In this document: piece by piece, positions 1 to 14,600 of the stretch | Position numbering within the stretch: the stretch's first letter is position 1 | Layout: the number at the start of each line of letters is the position of its first letter | Assembly (NCBI RefSeq): GCF_964355755.1 | Contig: NC_092677.1 | Coordinates: forward strand, 20,606,101-20,670,100 | Length of the DNA: 64,000 bases | Direction of reading: 5' to 3' | Source: Antedon mediterranea | Lineage: Eukaryota; Animalia; Echinodermata | Position numbers and translations under genes: made by a program | Notes under the pieces: generated by a model | Told to the model about the DNA's origin: nothing | The model's input: only the letters and a program-made list of their open reading frames with translations | The model's database searches: none

Positions 1-2880
1 AGCATTCCGTCAAAACTTTTTCACCCAAAACATCAAAGTGTACAGAATAGCTTTAAATCGCATTTGGAGACGTTTTAGACCATTTTGTAGTTTTCGAAAA
101 AACTTGTTAACATAAAAACACAAAAGAGCTTCAAATCGCATTTGGAGACGTTTTAGACCCTTTTGTGCATTTCGATGAAACTTGGTTACACAAAAACATC
201 AAAGTGCTTAAAATCACATTAGAAACCGTTTTAGACCATTTTGAGCATTTCGTTAAAACTTTTCACACAAAAACATCAAAGTCCACAAAATAGCTTAATA
301 TGGTATTTAAAAACGTTTTAGAACATTTTGAGCATTTCAACAAAACTTTTTCTCACAAAACATCAAAGTGTACAGAATAGCTTCAAATCGCATTTGGAGA
401 CGTTTTAGACCATTTTGTGCATTTCGATGAAACTTGGTTACACAAAAACATCAAAGTGCTTAAAATCACATTTTGAGCATTTCGTTAAAACTTTTCACAC
501 AAAAACATCAAAGAGTAAAAAATAGCTTAATATCGTATTTAAAAACGTTTTAGACCATTTTGAGCATTTCGACAAAATTTTTTCACACAAAACATCAAAG
601 TGTACAGAATAGCTTTAAATCGCATTTGGAGACGTTTTAGACCATTTTGTTAATTTCGATGAAACAAAAACACAAAAACATCAAATTGCACAAAATGGCT
701 TAATATGATATGGGAAAACGTTTTAGACCATTTTGAACATTTCGTTAAAAGTTTTCACACAAAAACATCAAAGTCCACAAAATAGCTTAATATCGTATTT
801 AAAAACGTTTTAGACCATTTTGAGCATTTCGAAAAAACTTTTTCACACAAAACATCAAAGTTTACAAAATAGCTTCAAATCGCATTTGGAGACGTTTTAG
901 ACCATTTTCTGATTTTCGAAAAAACTTGTTAACATAAAAACACCAAAGTGCTCAGAAAAGCTTCAAATCGCATTTGGAGACGTTTTAAACCATTTTGTTC
1001 ATTTCGATGAAACTTGGTTACACAAAAACATCAAAGAGCACAAAAGTATTTAAAAACGTTTTAGACCATTTTGAGCATTCCGACAAAACTTTTTCACACA
1101 AAACATCAAAGTGTACAGAATAGCTTTAAATCGCATTTGGAGACGTTTTAACCCATTTTGAGCATTTCGATAAAATTTTACAAACAAAAACATCAAAGTG
1201 CACAAAATAGCTTAATATGGTATTTAAAAACGTTTTAGACCATTTTGAGCATTTCAACAAAACTTTTTCTCACAAAACATCAAAGTGTACAGAATAGCTT
1301 CAAATCGCATTTGGAGACGTTTTAGACCATTTTGTGCATTTCGATGAAACTTGGTTACACAAAAACATCAAAGTGCTTAAAATCACATTTTGAGCATTTC
1401 GTTAAAACTTTTCACACAAAAACATCAAAGTCCACAAAATAGCTTAATATCGTATTTAAAAACGTTTTAGACCATTTTGAGCATTTCGAAAAAACTTTTC
1501 CACACAAAACATCAAAGTTTACAAAATAGCTTCAAATCGCATTTGGAGACGTTTTAGACCATTTTGTGATTTTCGTAAAAACTTGTTAACATAAAAACAC
1601 CAAAGTGCTTAGAAAAGCTTCAAATCGCATTTGGAGACGTTTTAGACCATTTTGTGCATTTCGATGAAACTTGGTTACACAAAAACATCAAAGTGCTTAA
1701 AATCACATTTTGAACATTTCGTTAAAAGTTTTCACACAAAAACATCAAAGAGTAAAAAATAGCTTAATATCGTATTTAAAAACGTTTTAGACCATTTTGA
1801 GCATTTCGAAAAAACTTTTCCACACAAAACATCAAAGTTTACAAAATAGCTTCAAATCGCATTTGGAGACGTTTTAGACCATTTTGTGATTTTCGAAAAA
1901 ACTTGTTAACATAAAAACACCAAAGTGCTCAGAATACCTTCAAATCGCATTTGGAGACGTTTTAGACCATTTTGTGATTTTCGAAAAAACTTGTTAACAT
2001 AAAAACACCAAAGTGCTCAGAAAAGCTTCAAATCGCATTTGGAGACGTTTTAAACCATTTTGTTCATTTCGATGAAACTTGGTTACACAAAAACATCAAA
2101 GAGCACAAAAGTATTTAAAAACGTTTTAGACCATTTTGAGCATTCCGACAAAACTTTTTCACACAAAACATCAAAGTGTACAGAATAGCTTTAAATCGCA
2201 TTTGGAGACGTTTTAGACCATTTTGTAGTTTTCGAAAAAACTTGTTAACATAAAAACACAAAAGAGCTTCAAATCGCATTTGGAGACGTTTTAGACCCTT
2301 TTGTGCATTTCGATGAAACTTGGTTACACAAAAACATCAAAGTGCTTAAAATCACATTAGAAACCGTTTTAGACCATTTTGAGCATTTCGTTAAAACTTT
2401 TCACACAAAAACATCAAAGTCCACAAAATAGCTTAATATCGTATTTAAAAACGTTTTAGACAATTTTGAGCATTTCGAAAAAACTTTTTCACACAAAACA
2501 TCAAAGTTTACAAAATAGCTTCAAATCGCATTTGGAGACGTTTTAGACCATTTTGTGATTTTCGAAAAAACTTGTTAACATAAAAACACCAAAGTGCTCA
2601 GAATACCTTCAAATCGCATTTTGAGACGTTTTAGACCATTTTGTTCATTTCGATGAAACAAAAACACAAAAACATCAAATTGCACAAAATGGCTTAATAT
2701 GATATGGGAAAACGTTTTAGACCATTTTGAACATTTCGTTAAAAGTTTTCACACAAAAACATCAAAGTCCACAAAATAGCTTAATATCGTATTTAAAAAC
2801 GTTTTAGACCATTTTGAGCATTTCGAAAAAACTTTTCCACACAAAACATCAAAGTTTACAAAATAGCTTCAAATCGCATT

Positions 2881-2968
2881 TGGAGACGTTTTAGACCATT
2901 TTGTGATTTTCGAAAAAACTTGTTAACATAAAAACACAAAAGTGCTCAGAATACCTTCAAATCGCATT
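2881..2968 (+). repeat. Representative class A monomer (88 bp; GTGATTTTCGAAAAAACTTGTTAACAT...GTGCTCAGAATACC)
   Basis: Direct reading. This class forms homogeneous tandem runs, e.g. ~28.1-28.55 kb and ~44.15-44.75 kb. Confidence 0.95.
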
Positions 2969-4599
2969 TGGAGACGTTTTAGACCATTTTGTGATTTTCG
3001 AAAAAACTTGTTTACATAAAAACACCAAAGTGCTTAGAAAAGCTTCAAATCGCATTTGGAGACGTTTTAAACCATTTTGTTCATTTCGATGAAACTTGGT
3101 TACACAAAAACATCAAAGAGCACAAAAGTATTTAAAAACGTTTTAGACCATTTTGTGCATTCCGACAAAACTTTTTCACACAAAACATCAAAGTGTACAG
3201 AATAGCTTTAAATCGCATTTGGAGACGTTTTAGACCATTTTGTAGTTTTCGAAAAAACTTGTTAACATAAAAACACCAAAGAGCTTCAAATCGCATTTGG
3301 AGACGTTTTAGACCCTTTTGTGCATTTCGATGAAACTTGGTTACACAAAAACATCAAAGTGCTTAAAATCACATTAGAAACCGTTTTAGACCATTTTGAG
3401 CATTTCGTTAAAACTTTTCACACAAAAACATAAAAGTCCACAAAATAGCTTAATATCGTATTTAAAAACGTTTTAGACCATTTTGAGCATTTCGAAAAAA
3501 CTTTTTCACACAAAACATAAAAGTTTACAAAATAGCTTCAAATCGCATTTGGAGACGTTTTAGACCATTTTGTGATTTTCGAAAAAACTTGTTAACATAA
3601 AAACACCAAAGTGCTCAGAATACCTTCAAATCGCATTTTGAGACGTTTTAGACAATTTTGTGATTTTCGAAAAAACAACATAAAAACACCAAAGTGCTCA
3701 GAATACCTTCAAATCGCATTTGGAGACGTTTTAGACCATTTTGTGATTTTGGAAAAAACTTGTTAACATAAAAACACCAAAGTGCTCAGAATACCTTCAA
3801 ATCGTATTTTGAGACGTTTTAGACAATTTTGTGATTTTCGAAAAAACTTGTTAACATAAAAACACCAAAGTGCTTAGAAAAGCTTCAAATCGCATTTGGA
3901 GACGTTTTAGACCATTTTGTGCATTTCGATGAAACTTGGTTACACAAAAACATCAAAGTGTACAGAATAGCTTCAAATCGCATTAGAAACCGTTTTAGAC
4001 CATTTTAAGCATTTCGAAAAAACTTTTTCACACAAAACATCAAAGTGTACAAAATAGCTTCAAATCGCATTTGGAGACGTTTTAGACAATTTTGTGATTT
4101 TCGAAAAAACTTGTTTACATAAAAACACCAAAGTGCTTAGAAAAGCTTCAAATCGCATTTGGAGACGTTTTAAACCATTTTGTTCATTTCGATGAAACTT
4201 GGTTACACAAAAACATCAAAGTGCTTAAAATCACATTAGAAACCGTTTTAGACCATTTTGAGCATTTCGTTAAAATTTTTCACAGAAAAACATCAAAGAG
4301 CAAAAAATAGCTTAATATCGTATTTAAAAACGTTTTAGACCATTTTGAGCATTTCGACAAAACTTTTTCACACAAAACATCAAAGTGTACAGAATAGCTT
4401 AATATCGCATTTGGAGACGTTTTAACCCATTTTGAGCATTTCGATAAAATTTTACACACAAAAACATCAAAGTGCACAAAATAGCTTAATATGGTATTTA
4501 AAAACGTTTTAGAACATTTTGAGCATTTCAACAAAACTTTTTCTCACAAAACATCAAAGTGTACAGAATAGCTTCAAATCGCATTTGGAGACGTTTTAG

Positions 4600-7500
4600 A
4601 CCATTTTGTGCATTTCGATGAAACTTGGTTACACAAAAACATCAAAGTGCTTAAAATCACATTTTGAGCATTTCGTTAAAACTTTTCACACAAAAACATC
4701 AAAGAGCAAAAAATAGCTTAATATCGTATTTAAAAACGTTTTAGACCATTTTGAGCATTTCGACAAAACTTTTTCACACAAAACATCAAAGTGTACAAAA
4801 TAGCTTCAAATCGCATTTGGAGACGTTTTAGACAATTTTGTGATTTTCGAAAAAACTTGTTTACATAAAAACACCAAAGTGCTAAGAATAGCTTCCAATC
4901 GCATTTGGAGACGTTTTAGACCCTTTTGTGCATTTCGATGAAACTTGGTTACACAAAAACATCAAAGTGCTTAAAATCACATTAGAAACCGTTTTAGAAC
5001 ATTTTGAGCATTTCGTTAAAATTTTTCACAGAAAAACATCAAAGAGCAAAAAATAGCTTAATATCGTATTTAAAAACGTTTTAGACCATTTTGAGCATTT
5101 CGACAAAACTTTTTCACACAAAACAACAAAGTGTACAGAATAGCTTCAAATCGCATTTGGAGACGTTTTAACCCATTTTGAGCATTTCGATAAAATTTTA
5201 CACACAAAAACATCAAAGTGCACAAAATAGCTTAATATGGTATTTAAAAACGTTTTAGACCATTTTGAGCATTTCAACAAAACTTTTTCTCACAAAACAT
5301 CAAAGTGTACAGAATAGCTTCAAATCGCATTTGGAGACGTTTTAGACCATTTTGTGCATTTCGATGAAACTTGGTTACACAAAAACATCAAAGTGCTTAA
5401 AATCACATTTTGAGCATTTCGTTAAAACTTTTCACACAAAAACATCAAAGTCCACAAAATAGCTTAATATCGTATTTAAAAACGTTTTAGACCATTTTGA
5501 GCATTTCGAAAAAACTTTTCCACACAAAACATCAAAGTTTACAAAATAGCTTCAAATCGCATTTGGAGACGTTTTAGACCATTTTGTGATTTTCGAAAAA
5601 ATTTGTTAACATAAAAACACCAAAGTGCTCAGAATACCTTCAAATCGCATTTGGAGACGTTTTAGACCCTTTTGTGCATTTCGATGAAACTTGGTTACAC
5701 AAAAACATCAAAGTGCTTAAAATCACATTAGAAACCGTTTTAGACCATTTTGAGCATTTCGTTAAAATTTTTCACAGAAAAACATCAAAGAGCAAAAAAT
5801 AGCTTAATATCGTATTTAAAAACGTTTTAGACCATTTTGAGCATTTCGACAAAACTTTTTCACACAAAACATCAAAGTGTACAGAATAGCTTCAAATCGC
5901 ATTTGGAGACGTTTTAACCCATTTTGAGCATTTCGATAAAATTTTACACACAAAAACATCAAAGTGCACAAAATAGCTTAATATGGTATTTAAAAACGTT
6001 TTAGACCATTTTGAGCATTTCAACAAAACTTTTTCTCGCAAAACATCAAAGTGTACAGAATAGCTTCAAATCGCATTTGGAGACGTTTTAGACCATTTTG
6101 TGCATTTCGATGAAACTTGGTTACACAAAAACATCAAAGTGCTTAAAATCACATTTTGAGCATTTCGTTAAAACTTTTCACACAAAAACATCAAAGTCCA
6201 CAAAATAGCTTAATATCGTATTTAAAAACGTTTTAGACCATTTTGAGCATTTCGAAAAAACTTTTCCACACAAAACATCAAAGTTTACAAAATAGCTTCA
6301 AATCGCATTTGGAGACGTTTTAGACCATTTTGTGATTTTCGAAAAAACTTGTTAACATAAAAACACCAAAGTGCTCAGAATACCTTCAAATCGTGTTTTG
6401 AGACGTTTTAGACCATTTTGTAATTTTCGAAAAAACTTGTTAACATAAAAACACCAAAGTGCTCAGAATACCTTCACATCGCATTTTGAGACGTTTTAGA
6501 CCATTTTGTGATTTTCGAAAAAACTTGTTAACATAAAAACACCAAAGTGCTTAGAAAAGCTTGAAATCGCATTTGGAGACGTTTTAGACCATTTTGTGCA
6601 TTTCGATGAAACTTGGTTACACAAAAACATCAAAGTGCTTAAAATCACATTTTGAGCATTTCGTTAAAACTTTTCACACAAAAACATCAAAGAGTAAAAA
6701 ATAGCTTAATATCGTATTTAAAAACGTTTTAGACCATTTTGAGCATTTCGACAAAATTTTTTCACACAAAACATCAAAGTGTACAGAATAGCTTTAAATC
6801 GCATTTGGAGACGTTTTAGACCATTTTGTTCATTTCGATGAAACAAAAACACAAAAACATCAAATTGCACAAAATGGCTTAATATGATATGGGAAAACGT
6901 TTTAGACCATTTTGAACATATCGTTAAAAGTTTTCACACAAAAACATCAAAGTCCACAAAATAGCTTAATATCGTATTTAAAAACGTTTTAGACCATTTT
7001 GAGCATTTCGAAAAATTTTTTCACACAAAACATCAAAGTTTACAAAATAGCTTCAAATCGCATTTGGAGACGTTTTAGACCATTTTGTGATTTTCGAAAA
7101 AACTTGTTAACATAAAAACACCAAAGTACTCAGAATACCTTCAAATCGCATTTTGAGACGTTTTAGACCATTTTGTGATTTTCGAAAAAACAACATAAAA
7201 ACACCAAAGTGCTCAGAATACCTTCAAATCGCATTTGGAGACGTTTTAGACCATTTTGTGATTTTCGAAAAAACTTGTTAACATAAAAACACCAAAGTGC
7301 TCAGAATACCTTCAAATCGTATTTTGAGACGTTTTAGACAATTTTGTGATTTTCGAAAAAACTTGTTAACATAAAAACACCAAAGTGCTTAGAAAAGCTT
7401 CAAATCGCATTTGGAGACGTTTTAGACCATTTTGTGCATTTCGATGAAACTTGGTTACACAAAAACATCAAAGTGTACAGAATAGCTTCAAATCGCATTA

Positions 7501-10500
7501 GAAACCGTTTTAGACCATTTTAAGCATTTCGAAAAAACTTTTTCACACAAAACATCAAAGTGTACAAAATAGCTTCAAATCGCATTTGGAGACGTTTTAG
7601 ACAATTTTGTGATTTTCGAAAAAACTTGTTTACATAAAAACACCAAAGTGCTTAGAAAAGCTTCAAATCGCATTTGGAGACTTTTTAAACCATTTTGTTC
7701 ATTTCGATGAAACTTGGTTACACAAAAACATCAAAGAGCACAAAAGTATTTAAAAACGTTTTAGACCATTTTGAGCATTCCGACAAAACTTTTTCACACA
7801 AAACATCAAAGTGTACAGAATAGCTTTAAATCGCATTTGGAGACGTTTTAGACCATTTTGTAGTTTTCGAAAAAACTTGTTAACATAAAAACACAAAAGA
7901 GCTTCAAATCGCATTTGGAGACGTTTTAGACCCTTTTGTGCATTTCGATGAAACTTGGTTACACAAAAACATCAAAGTGCTTAAAATCACATTAGAAACC
8001 GTTTTAGACCATTTTGAGCATTTCGTTAAAACTTTTCACACAAAAACATCAAAGTCCACAAAATAGCTTAATATCGTATTTAAAAACGTTTTAGACCATT
8101 TTGAGCATTTCGAAAAAACTTTTCCACACAAAACATCAAAGTTTACAAAATAGCTTCAAATCGCATTTGGAGACGTTTTAGACCATTTTGTGATTTTCGA
8201 AAAAACTTGTTAACATAAAAACACCAAAGTGCTCAGAATACCTTCAAATCGTATTTTGAGACGTTTTAGACAATTTTGTGATTTTCGAAAAAACTTGTTA
8301 ACATAAAAACACCAAAGTGCTTAGAAAAGCTTCAAATCGCATTTGGAGACGTTTTAGACCATTTTGTGCATTTCGATGAAACTTGGTTACACAAAAACAT
8401 CAAAGTGCTTAAAATCAGATTTTGAGCATTTCGTTAAAACTTTTCACACAAAAACATCAAAGAGCAAAAAATAGCTTAATATCGTATTTAAAAACGTTTT
8501 AGACCATTTTGAGCATTTCGACAAAACTTTTTCACACAAAACATCAAAGTGTACAAAATAGCTTCAAATCGCATTTGGAGACGTTTTAGACAATTTTGTG
8601 ATTTTCGAAAAAACTTGTTTACATAAAAACACCAAAGTGCTAAGAATAGCTTCCAATCGCATTTGGAGACGTTTTAGACCCTTTTGTGCATTTCGATGAA
8701 ACTTGGTTACACAAAAACATCAAAGTGCTTAAAATCACATTAGAAACCGTTTTAGAACATTTTGAGCATTTCGTTAAAATTTTTCACAGAAAAACATCAA
8801 AGAGCAAAAAATAGCTTAATATCGTATTTAAAAACGTTTTAGACCATTTTGAGCATTTCGACAAAACTTTTTCACACAAAACAACAAAGTGTACAGAATA
8901 GCTTCAAATCGCATTTGGAGACGTTTTAACCCATTTTGAGCATTTCGATAAAATTTTACACACAAAAACATCAAAGTGCACAAAATAGCTTAATATGGTA
9001 TTTAAAAACGTTTTAGACCATTTTGAGCATTTCAACAAAACTTTTTCTCACAAAACATCAAAGTGTACAGAATAGTTTCAAATCGCATTTGGAGACGTTT
9101 TAGACCATTTTGTGCATTTCGATGAAACTTGGTTACACAAAAACATCAAAGTGCTTAAAATCACATTTTGAGCATTTCGTTAAAACTTTTCACACAAAAA
9201 CATCAAAGTCCACAAAATAGCTTAATATCGTATTTAAAAACGTTTTAGACCATTTTGAGCATTTCGAAAAAACTTTTCCACACAAAACATCAAAGTTTAC
9301 AAAATAGCTTCAAATCGCATTTGGAGACGTTTTAGACCATTTTGTGATTTTCGAAAAAATTTGTTAACATAAAAACACCAAAGTGCTCAGAATACCTTCA
9401 AATCGCATTTGGAGACGTTTTAGACCCTTTTGTGCATTTCGATGAAACTTGGTTACACAAAAACATCAAAGTGCTTAAATCACATTAGAAACCGTTTTAG
9501 ACCATTTTGAGCATTTCGTTAAAATTTTTCACAGAAAAACATCAAAGAGCAAAAAATAGCTTAATATCGTATTTAAAAACGTTTTAGACCATTTTGAGCA
9601 TTTCGACAAAACTTTTTCACACAAAACATCAAAGTGTACAGAATAGCTTCAAATCGCATTTGGAGACGTTTTAACCCATTTTGAGCATTTCGATAAAATT
9701 TTACACACAAAAACATCAAAGTGCACAAAATAGCTTAATATGGTATTTAAAAACGTTTTAGACCATTTTGAGCATTTCAACAAAACTTTTTCTCGCAAAA
9801 CATCAAAGTGTACAGAATAGCTTCAAATCGCATTTGGAGACGTTTTAGACCATTTTGTGCATTTCGATGAAACTTGGTTACACAAAAACATCAAAGTGCT
9901 TAAAATCACATTTTGAGCATTTCGTTAAAACTTTTCACACAAAAACATCAAAGTCCACAAAATAGCTTAATATCGTATTTAAAAACGTTTTAGACCATTT
10001 TGAGCATTTCGAAAAAACTTTTCCACACAAAACATCAAAGTTTACAAAATAGCTTCAAATCGCATTTGGAGACGTTTTAGACCATTTTGTGATTTTCGAA
10101 AAAACTTGTTAACATAAAAACACCAAAGTGCTCAGAATACCTTCAAATCGTGTTTTGAGACGTTTTAGACCATTTTGTAATTTTCGAAAAAACTTGTTAA
10201 CATAAAAACACCAAAGTGCTCAGAATACCTTCACATCGCATTTTGAGACGTTTTAGACCATTTTGTGATTTTCGAAAAAACTTGTTAACATAAAAACACC
10301 AAAGTGCTTAGAAAAGCTTGAAATCGCATTTGGAGACGTTTTAGACCATTTTGTGCATTTCGATGAAACTTGGTTAAAGTGCTTAAAATCACATTTTGAG
10401 CATTTCGTTAAAACTTTTCACACAAAAACATCAAAGAGTAAAAAATAGCTTAATATCGTATTTAAAAACGTTTTAGACCATTTTGAGCATTTCGACAAAA

Positions 10501-10800
10501 TTTTTTCACACAAAACATCAAAGTGTACAGAATAGCTTTAAATCGCATTTGGAGACGTTTTAGACCATTTTGTTCATTTCGATGAAACAAAAACACAAAA
10601 ACATCAAATTGCACAAAATGGCTTAATATGATATGGGAAAACGTTTTAGACCATTTTGAACATTTCGTTAAAAGTTTTCACAAAAAAACATCAAAGTCCA
10701 CAAAATAGCTTAATATCGTATTTAAAAACGTTTTAGACCATTTTGAGCATTTCGAAAAAACTTTTTCACACAAAACATCAAAGTTTACAAAATAGCTTCA
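4600..10800 (+). repeat. Segmental duplication within the array, offset 3758/3757 bp (~4.6-7.0 kb vs ~8.4-10.8 kb)
   Basis: Rare variant ACAACAAAG at 5123 and 8881; TTCTCGCA with G at 6038 and 9795. The offset drops by 1 after a 1-bp deletion (GTGCTTAAAT) near 9478. Confidence 0.85.
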
Positions 10801-11649
10801 AATCGCATTTGGAGACGTTTTAGACCATTTTGTGATTTTCGAAAAAACTTGTTAACATAAAAACACCAAAGTGCTCAGAATACCTTCAAATCGCATTTTG
10901 AGACGTTTTAGACCATTTTGTGATTTTCGAAAAAAACTTGTTAACATAAAAACACCAAAGTGCTCAGAATACCTTCAAATCGTGTTTTAAGACGTTTTAG
11001 ACCATTTTGTGATTTTGGAAAAACTTGTTAACATAAAAACACCAAAGTGCTCAGAATACCTTCAAATCGCATTTGGAGACGTTTTAGACCATTTTGTGAT
11101 TTTCGAAAAAACTTGTTAACATAAAAACACCAAAGTGCTCAGAAAAGCTTCAAATCGCAATTGGAGACGTTTTAAACCATTTTGTTCATTTCGATGAAAC
11201 TTGGTTACACAAAAACATCAAATTGCACAAAATGGCTTAATATGGTATGGGAAAACGTTTTAGACCATTTTGAACATTTCGAGAAAACTTTTTCACACAA
11301 AACTTAAAAGTGTACAGAATAGCTTCAAATCGCATTAGAAACCGTTTTAGACCATTTTGAGCATTTCGAAAAAACTTTTTCACACAAAACATCAAAGTTT
11401 ACAAAATAGCTTCAAATCGCATTTGGAGACGTTTTAGACCATTTTGTGATTTTCGAAAAAACTTGTTAACATAAAAACACCAAAGTGCTCAGAATACCTT
11501 CAAATCGCATTTTGAGACGTTTTAGACCATTTTGTGATTTTCGAAAAAACTTGTTAACATAAAAACACCAAAGTGCTAAGAATACCTTCAAATCGCATTT
11601 GGAGACGTTTTAGACCATTTTGTGATTTTCGAAAAAACTTGTTAACATA

Positions 11650-14600
11650 AAAACACCAAAGTGCTCAGAAAAGCTTCAAATCGCATTTGGAGACGTTTTA
11701 AACCATTTTGTTCATTTCGATGAAACTTGGTTACACAAAAACATCAAAGAGCACAAAAGTATTTAAAAACGTTTTAGACCATTTTGAGCATTCCGACAAA
11801 ACTTTTTCACACAAAACATCAAAGTGTACAGAATAGCTTTAAATCGCATTTGGAGACGTTTTAGACCATTTTGTAGTTTTCGAAAAAACTTGTTAACATA
11901 AAAACACAAAAGAGCTTCAAATCGCATTTGGAGACGTTTTAGACCCTTTTGTGCATTTCGATGAAACTAGGTTACACAAAAACATCAAAGTGCTTAAAAT
12001 CACATTAGAAACCGTTTTAGACCATTTTGAGCATTTCGTTAAAACTTTTCACACAAAAACATCAAAGTCCACAAAATAGCTTAATATCGTATTCAAAAAC
12101 GTTTTAGACCATTTTGAGCATTTCGAAAAAACTTTTTCACACAAAACATCAAAGTTTACAAAATAGCTTCAAATCGCATTTGGAGACGTTTTAGACCATT
12201 TTGTGATTTTCGAAAAAACTTGTTAACATAAAAACACCAAAGTGCTCAGAATACCTTCAAATCGCATTTTGAGACGTTTTAGACCATTTTGTGATTTTCA
12301 AAAAAACAACATAAAAACACCAAAGTGCTCAGAATACCTTCAAATCGCATTTGGAGACGTTTTAGACCATTTTGTGATTTTGGAAAAAACTTGTTAACAT
12401 AAAAACACCAAAGTGCTCAGAATACCTTCAAATCGTATTTTGAGACGTTTTAGACAATTTTGTGATTTTCGAAAAAACTTGTTAACATAAAAACACCAAA
12501 GTGCTTAGAAAAGCTTCAAATCGCATTTGGAGACGTTTTAGAACATTTTGTGCATTTCGATGAAACTTGGTTACACAAAAACATCAAAGTGTACAGAATA
12601 GCTTCAAATCGCATTAGAAACCGTTTTAGACCATTTTGAGCATTTCGAAAAAACTTTTTCACACAAAACATCAAAGTGTACAAAATAGCTTCAAATCGCA
12701 TTTGGAGACGTTTTAGACAATTTTGTGATTTTCGAAAAAACTTGTTTACATAAAAACACCAAAGTGCTCAGAATAGCTTCCAATCGCATTTGGAGACGTT
12801 TTAGACCCTTTTGTGCATTTCGATGAAACTTGGTTACACAAAAACATCAAAGTGCTTAAAATCACAGTAGAAACCGTTTTAGACCATTTTGAGCATTTCG
12901 TTAAAATTTTTCACAGAAAAACATCAAAGAGCAAAAAATAGCTTAATATCGTATTTAAAAACGTTTTAGACCATTTTGAGCATTTCGACAAAACTTTTTC
13001 ACACAAAACATCAAAGTATACAGATAAGCTTCAAATCGCATTTGGAGACGTTTTAAACCATTTTGAGCATTTCGATAAAATTTTACACACAAAAACATCA
13101 AAGTGCACAAAATAGCTTAATATGGTATTTAAAAACGTTTTAGACCATTTTGAGCATTTCAACAAAACTTTTTCTCACAAAACATCAAAGTGTACAGAAT
13201 AGCTTCAAATCGCATTTGGAGACGTTTTAGACCATTTTTTGCATTTCGATGAAACTTGGTTACACAAAAACATCAAAGTGCTTAAAATCACATTTTGAGC
13301 ATTTCGTTAAAACTTTTCACACAAAAACATCAAAGTCCACAAAATAGCTTAATATCGTATTTAAAAACGTTTTAGACCATTTTGAGCATTTTCGAAAAAA
13401 CTTGTTAACATAAAAACACCAAAGTGCTCAGAATACCTTCAAATCGTGTTTTGAGACGTTTTAGACCGTTTTGTAATTTTCGAAAAAACTTGTTAACATA
13501 AAAACACCAAAGTGCTCAGAATACCTTCACATCGCATTTTGAGACGTTTTAGACCATTTTGTGATTTTCGAAAAAACTTGTTAACATAAAAACACCAAAG
13601 TGCTTAGAAAAGCTTGAAATCGCATTTGGAGACGTTTTAGACCATTTTGTGCATTTCGATGAAACTTGGTTAAAGTGCTTAAAATCAAATTTTGAGCATT
13701 TCGTTAAAACTTTTCACACAAAAACATCAAAGAGTAAAAAATAGCTTAATATCGTATTTAAAAACGTTTTAGACCATTTTGAGCATTTCGACAAAATTTT
13801 TTCACACAAAACATCAAAGTGTACAGAATAGCTTTAAATCGCATTTGGAGACGTTTTAGACCATTTTGTTCATTTCGATGAAACAAAAACACAAAAACAT
13901 CAAATTGCACAAAATGGCTTAATATGATATGGGAAAACGTTTTAGACCATTTTGAACATTTCGTTAAAAGTTTTCACAAAAAAACATCAAAGTCCACAAA
14001 ATAGCTTAATATCGTATTTAAAAACGTTTTAGACCATTTTGAGCATTTCGAAAAAACTTTTTCACACAAAACATCAAAGTTTACAAAATAGCTTCAAATC
14101 GCATTTGGAGACGTTTTAGACCATTTTGTGATTTTCGAAAAAACTTGTTAACATAAAAACACCAAAGTGCTCAGAATACCTTCAAATCGCATTTTGAGAC
14201 GTTTTAGACCATTTTGTGATTTTCGAAACAACTTGTTAACATAAAAACACCAAAGTGCTCAGAATACCTTCAAATCGTGTTTTGAGACGTTTTAGACCAT
14301 TTTGTGATTTTGGAAAAACTTGTTAACATAAAAACACCAAAGTGCTCAGAATACCTTCAAATCGCATTTGGAGACGTTTTAGACCATTTTGTGATTTTCG
14401 AAAAAACTTGTTAACATAAAAACACCAAAGTGCTCAGAAAAGCTTCAAATCGCAATTGGAGACGTTTTAAACCATTTTGTTCATTTCGATGAAACTTGGT
14501 TACACAAAAACATCAAATTGCACAAAATGGCTTAATATGGTATGGGAAAACGTTTTAGACCATTTTGAACATTTCGAGAAAACTTTTTCACACAAAACTT

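Noticed and set aside
4280-4534. 84-aa minus-strand ORF with repeated KCSK motifs
   Set aside because: Three 87-bp monomers read in frame by chance. The Cys/Lys pattern reflects the repeat, not a zinc-binding protein.
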